Shown here: piece by piece, positions 37,336 to 49,222 of the stretch | Numbering within the stretch: position 1 is the first letter of the stretch | Layout of the letters: every line of letters begins with the position of its first letter | Assembly (NCBI GenBank): GCA_973895155.1 | Contig: OZ316891.1 | Coordinates: 30,075,012 to 30,139,011, forward strand | Reading direction: 5' to 3' | Source of the DNA: Marsupella aquatica | Taxonomy: Eukaryota; Plantae; Marchantiophyta | DNA length: 64,000 nt | Program-made: the position numbers and the translations under genes | Notes under the pieces: model-generated | Databases searched by the model: none | Told to the model about the DNA's origin: nothing | Seen by the model: only the letters and a program-made list of their open reading frames with translations

Positions 37336-40300
37336 ATGGCTGCTGTGAAGGGCATGGATCCTTTGCAACTGACCAAATTTCTCTTGGAGAAAAACCTAAT
37401 TGAGAAGGAGCAGTCAAAGGCCGTTATTCTCCAGGATATAGATGGGGAAATTCTTTTGGAGATGTCAGTAGATGAGCTTATGGCTCACCTTCAATACAAT
37501 TTCGGGAAAGCTACCCGCCTAAAAGGCTGGCTGAAAAAGAACAGTAAGTCTGTACCAACTGTCAAACCAGCAGTTAATAGTGAGAGTGAGATGAGGACTG
37601 TGCAGAGTGTCGAACCAGCAGTTAATAGTGAGAGTGAGATGAGGACTGTGCAGAGTGTCAAACCAGCAATTAATAGTGAGAGTGACATGAGGACTGTGCA
37701 GAGAGTGGCACTTGTAAACAAGGACTGTAACAGTCTTGTTAACAGAGAAAGTGAGAAAGTTATAAATTGATTACCACAGCAGAGATCACTGGTTGATGAG
37801 ACCCCATATTCCTGCAATAGCAATGACAAAGGTCGTGTGAGAAAGCTGAGCTCTACTAAGTTGCCATTAGACCCTGTTGTTCATATTGTTGAGCTCAAGA
37901 GTAGAGTCTTTGACAAAAAACCTACAGGAGAGTATACAAATATGTGGGGAAAGGGTTATCTTGAAACCACATAGTTTATCTGGAGAAAATGACAAGAGAC
38001 ATAGGGGAACCAAAAAAACTTGAGAAATGACCAGAAAAAAAACTCTCAAGGAAATTGGTTCTATGCAGCATTAGGTCTCTTACAAAGTGATAAATAGATA
38101 AGTTAGTACAATCATGCAATCAGACACCCGACATGTTCTTGAGAGCCTACAGTTATTCTCAAGACACCACTTAGTACCATGACTACCGCACTTCACGACT
38201 TGGGTTTGCCCTTGGCCCACTGGAGACGTCACTCCCCTCAAATGTGCTTATGGTGACCTACCACCTGTGGACCCAACTTTGGTCCCTTGATTTTGGCCCC
38301 TCACCAGGACTCCAACCAAGGTGACCAGGCATGAAGCTAACTTGTTAGGCCCAGAATTTTCTTGTTAGGTGTTCATAGGTAAAGTACCTTTTCCCGTTGT
38401 GATTGGGCCTACGCATTGCTCATGCCGAGGCTCTCAGGACTCGTCGCCCATAGAGGGTCCCGGGCGGCTCCACCCAAGTGCCGTCAATTTTCATGCCTTT
38501 AGCGTTCATTCCACATGAACCAAACTTCATTGCACTTAGGCCCAAGAGGAGCTATCACTCAAGCCCTCAAAATTGAGAGTCCATCCAGGGGTCCGGACAG
38601 TCTGCTCTAAGCCCAACCCTTATCGTGGCCCAACCAGCTCATAATGCCACTCCAAATCCCTGGTGCGCAACCCTAGCTCAACGCATTGCCTTTGCTAGAG
38701 CAACGCTTCCTTGCTCTCAAGTCTGCTTATACTTAGTCCTTCTGGATGGTCATGATGCCTGGACCATGGGGGAGCTTGGCACCAGAGCTAAGTGGTAGAG
38801 TAGTCAAGTTTTGTGACTCCAACTTGCGAGAGGGGTTAGTGCGCTCGCATTGCGGGAGCTAGTGATGTCATGGGTGTCCTAGCAACTTTGGGATACATGA
38901 GCAGGCAATGAGCGTGGACTAGTATGTAGCCTTTCGGGAGGCCCAACACGTAGAATGCCCAGGAGTTTAGGTCTTTAATGTGGGGGAGGAAGGGTACTAG
39001 ACTCGCGAGCAGACCGAAGCGAAACGACCTGTGAGATTTTGAGGATTGACATTGACAGGATTCCTGTAGCCCGAATGGAGAGAAATCCCAACAAATTTGA
39101 GAGACGATCATGGTTCGCAATTGAAAAAGAAAGACGTTAAGAATAGAAGCGAAATAGTAGAAGGATTGCCAGTTGTTACCTGAGGACTGCACTGAGTGGG
39201 ATTCGAAGAGAATCCATAAGGACCCGATAGCAAAAGCCCAAAAGAGAGGAAGGAACCAGCAACCTTGCCCCTTACGCTAGCAGCCAGGAAAATTGAAACA
39301 GCGATAGAGCAACCGAGAACGGGATTTCTACAGAAGACCATCGTAATGGGACAGCATAAGAACCAGATGGCGAAGCAGTAGACCCGCGAGCGAAACCACA
39401 GACGATTTAGGAAGTGAAATTGAGGAAGCGCAAGAGCAACGAAGCCCGAGCATAAGCAGATTCATAAGGACACCATAGGGAGACAGGCGAAAACATCCTT
39501 GAAACAATCCAGTCCTTGAGGCCGTGGCGGCAGCAGAAGCGATGACCACAGATCAAAACAAGACCGGGGCACAAAAATGAGAATAGCAAGGAAGAGAAAA
39601 AGACTTCCAATTTGAACAGCAAAGACAGCCGCAACGCATCCATAAGGACAAGAGGCGCCACAGGAGCACCAAAAAAAGGAATAGAGGCAGAACACGCAAC
39701 CTCAAGGCCCAAAATCATCGACAGAACGTCGAAGCAAGGCCAAACCGCTAAGTGCACCACCTATAACCGCAAAACCTCCATAATTGCATTTCATAACAAA
39801 GAAAATCAACCTTACAAAGCCGCATGTGCACTTAACCAAGGCACGAGTAAATTACCACCCATAACTGCACAAACTGCAAAACTTCATTACTGCACATTTT
39901 AACAAAGGAAAGAGCTAATACAAAGGAATTCTTGCAGTTATACATTTACAAAGACAACCTAAATACTAAGTGCAAACCCTAAAATTCTGCAAAAACCCAA
40001 ACATTCTTGCTTTACTCACCCACGACTTAGATTACTCTCCTCAACCCTTTCTCCACCATTACATGCGGCAAATGTGCAGTGTCTTTTGACTATATATATA
40101 TATATTATATAAACACGCACAACAACGCTGCACGCCAGGACCTTAGAGATGACCAACCTCGAGAAACTTACCTTCCCAGCCCTAGAAATCGATGGCGGCA
40201 CTACCTAGAATGGTCCATGAACCTAAAAGAAAACCTAACCTCGCTAACCCTACTCCCTGCGATAGGGCTCGCTCAACCCATCCTAGCCGGCGAACCACAA

Positions 40301-43300
40301 CCAGACCCATTAACTAAAGCCAAAAAATCTAAGGCCCTTGTATTCCTTAGACGTCATATCCATAGATTCCTACAAAGACAATACATGCACCCAAGAGCAC
40401 ATTCTGCATATAACAGAAATGTGGAACAAATGAGGGGTTTTTTTCTTCTGATATTTACAATCCAGTGGTAGCCAATGCTTGGAGGTCTAATTTTAAGAAG
40501 GATAAGAAGTCCTACATGAGCACTCTGGAATTCATAGAGGACCATTGCATTCTTCAACTGGAAGATCTTGTTTTGACAATTGGAGAAGTGACTGTGCGAA
40601 TTACCTGGCCTGCAAAGGATATTATGAGGTGGTTTCTTGAACACAAGAAACACCACTCCAACAAACGGCTGCAACAAATCTCTTCAATTGAAGCAGAAAA
40701 TGAGGCATTTTTGGGAGCACTTCCAACTTCTGTTCACACAAGTGGTTTGGATGAGAATTACTTTTCTTAGGAAGTGAAAGATACCCACTATGTACATTCT
40801 TTAGAAGAGTCAACTCCAGTTACCCCTCCTGAATTTGTTCCTCACATTTCTCCTCAGTTGGATCCTCAGTCAATTAGCTCTTCTGAATTTGGTTGTCAGT
40901 ACGTTGAAAGATCCAAAGTGGCTTACTCAAGGATTGGATTGTCCTGAAGTTTCCAGGACAATTCTCTTAGGAGAAGAAAGTCCAGATTCAAATGGTTCAG
41001 AGGCATCCAAGAAGACTTTTGTACTTGAAGGAGAGAGTCCAAGCTTGGATGATACAGGAGCATCACAAACAGCTGTTGTTGAAGGAAGCAATCTGGCCTA
41101 TAATAATTCAGAGGCACTGCAGCAGGTCGGTTTTGAAGAAGGGAGACAAAGTCCTCAGTCTTTGGTGGATTCTTCACCAGAACACAAACGTCATAGAAAA
41201 ACCCCAATTGTAGTCTGCACGGCACCAAAGGGTTCACAACTTTTAGGAGGGACAGTGACAGTGCCAGAACAGAGTCATTATAAGAAAAATCAATATGTGG
41301 TTGGTACAGCAGATACAGGGTCAAATCGCTCCAAAGGGGCTAAGGTATAGTGGCTCAATGTTCCATTTCTTTAGTTTTTTTATATGTGAAGTTGTGTGTA
41401 CCATGCACTATTCTATGCCAATGTTAATTTCAGATCATCCTATTTTTTTATATATGTGCAATGGATCAAGCTAGTGACTCAATGTATGAGAATTGTAGAA
41501 TAATAGGAAGGCACATTGTGGGGAGTTTGCCAACTATTTAACTCATTTAATTTGGTCAAGAATTTGGTATAATTTGTCTGCATTATCCAGGTAGGCGACA
41601 TGCATGCTCAAAGGGGAACACTAGTCTAATCACTAACTGTGGTTTTACTTATGTTGAGTTCTGGCAGGATCTTTTTGCACATGATCTGTGCAGCATGCCT
41701 GGATTGATTCGTCGCAAGACAGAGTTTTTGATTTCAAATACAAGTACAGATGCAAACTCACCGAATCAATCAATGACCAGCACTGAAACAGACGACTCAG
41801 TCAAGCTCAAGCATCCCAAAAAATCCATTCAAGATATCTATGAAGCGCCAATTTGTGATGCCCCAACAGCCACAAGGACCAAGCTTCCAAAACATCTTCC
41901 TGAACATACTGTTTTATCTCCATCACGTATCAATTTCTCTGGTCACAACACTTTATCTCAGGGTGAAAGTAGACCACTTTTGTCTATTACTAAGAAGGTA
42001 AGTAAAGAGAGTTTTTAACTTTTAATTATCTACTCAAAACTTGTACTGATGATTACTCTTCTTTTCATCATGTCTTCAGGTCTCCCATTGAGCAGCTTAA
42101 ATGCTAACAGTTTTATTATCATCTTGGCAGACATCAAAGCTGACACCAGTTCAAAATTCCAAGAACAAAGAAAATGTTGCCTCTGCATCATTGGTTCCTT
42201 CTAGCAAAAGAAAAATGCAGAGGTCGCTTGAAATTGTGCAAGACTTGGTAAGATAGAAAAATATCATTGAATAAGTCTCTCAGCTAGATTTGCCACTGTC
42301 ATACTATTTACAGAGTTACAATTAGTCCATGACTTGTGAGTACGTACATGGCATACATCATGACTTACTTTGTTGGACATAGGAAAGAGCTTTTTGACAT
42401 AATATATTTTTAATTGTGTTATGTGCAGGACATTTGTAATCTGGATGAGGATGCCAAGCTCACTGTTGCTTACAAGGCAATGAGGTTATCTAGCAAGAAA
42501 GAGGTCAAACCTCAACTCAAAAGTTATATGGCAGCGCAAAATCACAGAGTACAGTTATTTAATGAGCGTGCATTGTTTGGTGAGAAACTATCGATTCCAT
42601 TTTCTGGACATCAGAAAATAAAAATCCCAGCTTTATTAGATGTCCTTGTAAAATGGGCATTGGAAACAAAGGTTACTATTGTGAACCCTCCTAAACCGAT
42701 GAATGGAAAGGTCCGTCTCTTTGCTCAGCACATCCAAGATAAGTAAATCAGGATATATTAGCTCAGCACATCCAGGATAAGTAAATAAGGAGATAGCTCT
42801 CTTTTTGTTAGATAGTATGTACTTGCTATCTATCCAGAGAATATAGAGATATAATTAATAGCTCTGTTTTGGCTGTCCTTGAGCTTCGTTTCAATCAGGT
42901 TTTAGGTAGTCTCAATTCGTATGGCTATCTATATATATAGACTTGGCACTATCCTGCCCTACATGTTTTTTCCAGGCACAACATACTGTCTACTGTTGCT
43001 ATTAATTAAAGGATGAATGTGCAGACATTGGACACAAGAGACATTGTGTACATATTCTCTCCAGTTTGTCACATATATGTTCTAATCCTTGGACACAAAC
43101 CTGTTTCATTGTTTGAGTAGAATATTGGCATTATATTTACTGTTGTCCAAGCTTCTGCCAAACTGCTGTTCATTTGTCAAAGCATGATCGAGGCTACAGA
43201 TTATGGGGTCCTCCATTGTGATATCAAACTAGACAACTCATTGCCTGCTTAAGAATGTACAGAAGCTGTGACTTTGGAGAATATATGAAATCACTCCTAC

Positions 43301-43621
43301 TCTTATGAATTTCAGATTTTAAAGTAGTCTAGGACCAGCTAGCAAGCTAGTATTCTGGAATTGCCTTGTGAATATGCTATGTATATCCATCTGGTCTGTT
43401 ATTTGTTGTCTGTACATGGTAACCCCTATACAGTTTCACCAGGATTTCAATTGTTCTTCTATGGAGGAAGATCAAATGACCAATACCCAGGCAGGTACTT
43501 ACTCTATCAAGAACTCTATGTTGCTTGTAGACCTAGGTTACAATCTTATTTTCTTCTTACTTTATGTGTTCTGCTGTTTTGTGCAGGTGACTCAGTCATG
43601 AAGCCGCCCCGGTTTCTATAG
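37336..43621 (+). pseudogene. Multi-exon transposon-borne gene with an N-terminal SAM domain, decayed
   Basis: SAM-like LTKFLLEKNL...QDIDGEILLEMSVDELMAHLQYNFGKATRLKGWL, then three 48-bp (16-aa) repeats at 37561-37704. The frame continues through isolated stops and across the 38119-40383 insert. Canonical GT/AG exon borders near 41344, 41668, 41997, 42080, 42247, 42429, 42710, 43316, 43494 and 43587. The 3' end is uncertain. Confidence 0.6.
38119..40383 (+). mobile_element. LTR-retrotransposon fragment ending in a truncated Ty1/copia gag
   Basis: Bounded by CATGCA at 38113-38118 and 40384-40389. Frameshifted KLTFPALEIDG/HYLEWSMNL...KSKALVFLRRHIHRFLQRQYM resembles the copia (Bianca-like) gag N-terminus. 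Confidence 0.6.
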
Positions 43622-44562
43622 CTGCAGTTGCTGCAGTTGTCGTCGTTCATGTATTAATAACAGGCATACTGTGAAAAGGTTCAAATTAAATTTTTGCCAA
43701 CTGAAGGTTTAGAAGAAATTTTTTTTTTGTGAGTGTCTGTCATATGGACACAATACTCGATCTGTGGCTAGCTAGTTAGCTATAATTTGTAGAGAATTTA
43801 GGAGGACTACAAGGCATTTTACAAATCAAGGCTAGTACTTCCTGTACTCACGGTTTGTTGGATGTGTATGGATGATTTAATATAGTTGTACCCTCAAACT
43901 GAATTAAATGCCTAAGCACTAACAGCTTAAGCTTATAAAATCTCAAATTAAGTGAGTTAAATTGCCCCTATGTACATTAACAGCTTCAACTTGTAGTGGT
44001 CATGAGCAGATTTGTATTGGAAGGGCTGTGGTGGTCGTTGGTTTCTTATTGGCTCTTAGAGGCTATCTACTGGCAAGGTACAGGACAAATTTTTACTTTC
44101 CCTCCCGCTTTGCCTCGATCACACCATTTGGCATCAGCATTAGGTGCGGGCTGTTTTCATCTTCACGAAACAACAACTTAAAGTACCAACAGCAATTATT
44201 CGAAAGACTTTCTGTTTTTCTTAAATTTGGTCATTTTCTTTATTGACACAATCTCAGTTAAGCAGTAACTCTCTTCAATCAATCAAGCATACCTTAAACT
44301 ATTTACTTTGTATATAGTCTCATAGCTCAGAGGTGTCGACTTTATTCCTATGTCTTGGGTTCACTTTACAATGCTGTGCCTTCTTTTTCTTGAATGGATT
44401 AGCCGAAGAGAACCTGAGGAAGCAGAGGTACAACTAACGGGCGGGATGTCGTTAATGAAAGACCTCCTGCCGAGTAGCTTCTGGCCATCGCAGATGTCAG
44501 CAAAAGAAGTAGCACTTATCTTCCAATGAATGGGGTACGTGGTGTTAGACGATCAGAGCAAT

Positions 44563-44975
44563 ATTTCTGTTGAGCGTGAGTAATATTTCTGTTCTTAGAT
44601 CTGTTCGGTCTTCCTGCATCCACGAACATTTGTATGGCAGGATTAGATCTATTGATCGACCTGTTCGGTCTTCGATCTGGCATCCACGAACATTTGTATG
44701 GCAGAGATTCGATCTATCGATTTCTGTTGAGCGTGAGTAATATTTCTGTCCTTAGATCTGTTCGGTCTTCCTGCATCCACGAACATTTGTATGGCAGGAT
44801 TAGATCTATCGATCAATCTGTTCGGTCTTCGATCTGGCATCCACGAACATTTGTATGGCAGGGATTCGATCTATCGATCAGTCTAGCCCTTGTACTAAGA
44901 AGCAGCCTCAACCGCAGATCTGTGATCAATCTATGGTAAGCCTCAACCGCAGATCTGTGATCAATCTATGGTAAG
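44563..44975. repeat. Subterminal tandem repeats (~157 bp x2 with internal ~60-bp units; 35 bp x2)
   Basis: GCATCCACGAACATTTGTATGGCAG occurs four times; AGCCTCAACCGCAGATCTGTGATCAATCTATGGTA occurs twice. Confidence 0.9.
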
Positions 44976-45009
44976 GATTCCATCTCCATAAGGCTGAGTT
45001 CGAGTGAAA

Positions 45010-45259
45010 TTCTTGCTTTGCACTTAATTAAGTCAAGCAGCATTATCTTTTCCACTTACGATATCAGGGTGTAATATTTATCTGGACAACTTTTCCACCG
45101 AATAGTTTTACACCTGTGTGTTTCTGTTTTGCACCGAAGCTTGATTTTGCACTCAATTTGAGTGCATTGGTCCACAGTGGACCTTTTGCACTTTAGATGC
45201 TAATAACGGTGTAAAAAGCCTACTACTGCACCTCAGGCAAAAGCAAAACTTTTCCTGTG
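45010..45259. repeat. Right subterminal TTTGCAC motifs and right TIR
   Basis: TTTGCAC at 45017, 45128, 45146 and 45185; terminus AAACTTTTCCTGTG. Confidence 0.65.
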
Positions 45260-46770
45260 CATGCTGTATATCAATTATCGAAGCTTTATAATATCCCAGA
45301 AGAAGCGCCGAGGGAAGGTTTTCTGCAGCGAAGTTACGCACTCAGCAAGCGGAAGATTCAGAGACTTGACTTCATCTTGAAGAAAAAGCAATATATTAAG
45401 AACAATATATCATCATGGAAGTTCAACATAGCTACTGGAGACACTGTTTATTGTTGATAGCTTAACAATAAACGTACAGACGTACTAACTAGTATATGAT
45501 TTTTGGCCGTTAATAAATTCGACTCGTGAAATAATAAAGTTTACCTCCGCGTCAGCAATGTTCCTGGCCGGCTTTCAAGGGAGTTGGTCATATAATTTTT
45601 ATGTTTCGAGTTCTTTTAATTGAGATTGAAGTTGAAACTCAAGTCCTTATGGATATGTAGATAATAATCCAAGCTCATTATGAGCGTGTACTATGGCCTG
45701 GGGTAACGTCCACATTCCGCACTCTTCATTTGTATCTTGCCCGACTTCACCCTCGATCTGAACCGGGGTTGTCTATAGCAAGACTAGTTTCATTCTTATC
45801 AAATTTACAATGTTGAATTCAAGCACTTCATCAGAATAAAAGTGAGGCTTGACGTTCCTTTTGCCACTGTTCAATTCCGTTGCTTTAAGCAAGACATTCT
45901 TTGTGAACCGGGGACCATCTCAGCTAAATGTTTGAAGGGCTGGGACCAGTTCAGAAATGGACAAATCGTCTTTTAATTGCAACTTCTATTCGGTAGTGTC
46001 TCGATCTATCCCAAGAGTAACTGCATGAAGCTCCTCGTGAAACTCCCATGGTCTATTTATGTATAGATAAATCGTTGTTAACTTATATTTGATCAGATCT
46101 TGAGAAAATTTAGACGATGCATTGGGCAGAAGCATGCCTTCCAGTTGGTGGAAATTTGGGGGACTTATTGGGTGATCGACTTTTATATATAAGTTTACAA
46201 CTGAACCTCGATCAATCTGGACACATTTTAAATACTAGCATACAAGCCTAGGTCTAGAATTAATGATCGTCTGCTAGCTTTCTATGATTTGACCATGAAA
46301 TGATATCTAAGCCCGTACCCCCACCGACAATTGAGCGCGAGTTCGATTCTTGTATTGGTTAACTTAAGTCTCAGCCAGGTTATTCCACCATTTTGTTCAT
46401 GAATTGAACTTCATGGAAAAGACCGGAGCGCGCACTCCTTCCGCACACTTTTGAGGGGCAGTTATATATGCCCTGGCTCTATATAAATTAACTATTACCG
46501 GAGACATGACAGACATGTAGAAGTTTAGACATGAGCTAACAAAGAGAAAGTACTTTGAATGTACGCTTCAATCCGATACATATATATGCACTCAGGTACT
46601 GCACTATTGGAGCTAAACTCCCTAAATAAAGGGGTTGCCGATTTAGTACCCGATGACCTATACTGATCCACTCGACCCTTTGGGTGATAAGGCTACACTT
46701 AGCGGCAAAATACCAACAAGATGGACGGCTAGGAGCATGTTTGCAGCGCGCGCGCACGTACTATATCCAG

Positions 46771-47889
46771 TCAAAGCTGAACAGTTCCCATAAATGGTTG
46801 GAAAAGGCTTAGCCCATCAGACAAATCTCCAGAGTCTGGGACTTTCTCCCACAGAACCTCTTTTTTCTCACTGCTAAAACCTTTGCTCTGAATCATGCTT
46901 GACTGGTACGAAGCTGCGTTATTAGTCCATTGCACTGCTGCTACAAGCTCATTACTCGCATGAACGGTAAGCGTTGTCTGCACATCCAATTGGTGATTCT
47001 CTCCAAGGCCAACCCAGGACATTGAATGTTGCTGTCTCCTAGAATTGGTGCCCATGTCATAAACATGGACGCCAAGGATATTCATGGAATAGAGATTCCC
47101 TTGCAAAGTGAACACATTTCCATTTTCTACGTCAGCAGGTAGGTTTACAGCTCTCCAAGCATCGGTAGCTGGATGATAAATCTGCCAAGAGCCCGAGGAA
47201 GCTGTTTCTCCATGTCCGCCACGCAATAGAAACTCCTCTCCCATTGTCAGAACTTGATTGAAAACCTGCCCATGATTCATGGCCTTTATTAAGGACGTAC
47301 CACGTATTGTACTTGGGGTCGTACATCTCTTACGAGATGTCGGTGTTCCTTCGTGAGAGATGCCCCCAAACACATAAATCTTGCCATTTATCACACCACA
47401 TCCAAAGAATCGTCTGCCTTCTAGCATGTCTGCAAGCTTTCTCCACTCCCTCTGCCCGGCCCTCAGATCCAGTATATAAAGACTTTTGGCGACAGCCACC
47501 TTGAAGCCCGACAGTTCACAAGGTCCTCCCAACGCAAATATCTTCCCATCCAATGGAATGACTTGCCACGACCGTGGGAGTGCAGTTTCGAAATCTGGGA
47601 TCGGAGGAAGGCTACGGAAAGTCTTCTCTCGGGTGGAATACAGACAAATGCTGTTTTCTCCTTGATCACCGCGGTGAGGAATAACTACTAGTGTCTCCGT
47701 TGACTGCGACCCAACTCTTGTATCGTGCACCAGTCCACTTTGAATTGCCTTTCGCCAACTAGTGCTTACTCCAGATAAAACTGAAAGCATTTCCCACGGC
47801 AACTTTGTAGCAATGTGGCTCAAGCTCACGTCATTTGGAAGACCAGGAAGGAGCTCGTCAAGCAATGGAAAGACATCCTTGGATTCCAT
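46771..47889 (-). CDS. F-box/Kelch-repeat protein, copy 3 (372 aa, open but with a scrambled Kelch segment)
   Basis: Full-length frame, but SSEMYDPKYNTW is replaced by RKRCTTPSTIRGT through -1 and +4 indels. Also W to R in NSWRQQ. Confidence 0.75.
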   Translation of the reverse strand: MESKDVFPLLDELLPGLPNDVSLSHIATKLPWEMLSVLSGVSTSWRKAIQSGLVHDTRVGSQSTETLVVIPHRGDQGENSICLYSTREKTFRSLPPIPDFETALPRSWQVIPLDGKIFALGGPCELSGFKVAVAKSLYILDLRAGQREWRKLADMLEGRRFFGCGVINGKIYVFGGISHEGTPTSRKRCTTPSTIRGTSLIKAMNHGQVFNQVLTMGEEFLLRGGHGETASSGSWQIYHPATDAWRAVNLPADVENGNVFTLQGNLYSMNILGVHVYDMGTNSRRQQHSMSWVGLGENHQLDVQTTLTVHASNELVAAVQWTNNAASYQSSMIQSKGFSSEKKEVLWEKVPDSGDLSDGLSLFQPFMGTVQL

Positions 47890-49222
47890 AACAAATGAAT
47901 ACACAAGGAATGAAACCTGCAAGTTGATTCCCAACGACAATTCCTGATGGACCTTCTATTCTAGACTGTTTGTCAATACTTTAGACTCAGATAAATTTCG
48001 AGTCTTGGATCGGAACTTAACAATATGTCTGCAGGACGCGGATAACTTTCAATAATAGACAAACGTACGATGAGAAGAATGACTAAAGCAACAACCTCCT
48101 CTGTATCCTATGCAGGGAAGCTAGAGAAAGGCAGAGAGAGAGAGTGATCGATCTGTGGAGAAGTGATGGCCCCAGTCCCTTAAGTAGGTAAGTAGCCGAA
48201 GATGTTGAAGGGTTACTGATCGATGACAAAAATTAAGCCTCACTGATTAAAGACTATATACCGCAGATTCTCCATTATATTAATTAGTCCCGGCAAAACG
48301 CCTGGTACGTCTTTCATTTTGATATTCATGATTGCGCGGCACGTAGGCAAAGGACTAACCCTCGCATCCAAACATATGCCTTACCACATACACTAGGTTG
48401 TCCCGGCCACCTTGCTAGTCTCATGTTAGTAGTCAATCATATCGACATGATTGCAGCCCTTGTGTGCCTCACATCCAAACAACTTGACGTCGCTGGCTTA
48501 ATTATTAACCGAATCATGAACGGAAGGAAGGAAATGTTGCCAGCTTTGCTTTCTCGCTGCGCTTCCTTAATTTCCCCTATGTTTCGATCAGCCTACAGAT
48601 CGAAGGAAGGATGGACGGAATATTATTTGAATAAAGTCAAAGCCTGAGAATAGATCTTTGACTAACTGTATTCTTACTAATCAGCTAAAGTTACACATGT
48701 TGAGGAAGGAAGGACGTTGCCGTGAATCATGGGATCAGTACTCAAGAATATATGACGTACTGAAGATCGAGTGTACGAAGGAGAGGTGATGAATGACCTG
48801 GGATTGCTAGCGATGCATGGAACCCGATCATTTGAGACTAACACGGACTGACTTGAGACGTGATGCGTTCTATCAAGCTATATAATGCGATAGGTTGACG
48901 TCTAGAGCAAGAGCTCTCCAGGCCATTTCTGCAGACGTCTGGGTATCTAATTGCTTGCTGAGGGTGCTTTCGTTTAGCGGAGTACGTATTTGAAGCTACT
49001 AATCTTCCCAAGAGCCAATAGTGCATTGTGTTCTATCAAAAGGCGATTTGTTTAGACTTTTCTGTTCAATTAATTGCAACTCGTTCAATCGTGAAATAGA
49101 GATCAGCACCAAGGAGCAGCCGGTCGGAGATTGGGAGGCATCTTAAAGCGCGCGGAGAAATAGCAATTTGCTTGGTCCCTTCTTATATAAACACGAGAAA
49201 TTAAGGTACATCATTGATCAAT

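Larger units (their letters stand above)
20673..45259. mobile_element. Giant CACTA/CMC-superfamily DNA transposon (24,587 bp, CACAG termini)
   Basis: The empty site ATCATCC-CAT-GCTGTATATC is present in the three other unit copies. Here CAT is duplicated at 20670-20672 and 45260-45262. Termini are CACAGGAAAACTTT and AAACTTTTCCTGTG (13/14 inverted match), with an internal TnpD-like transposase. Confidence 0.93.
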
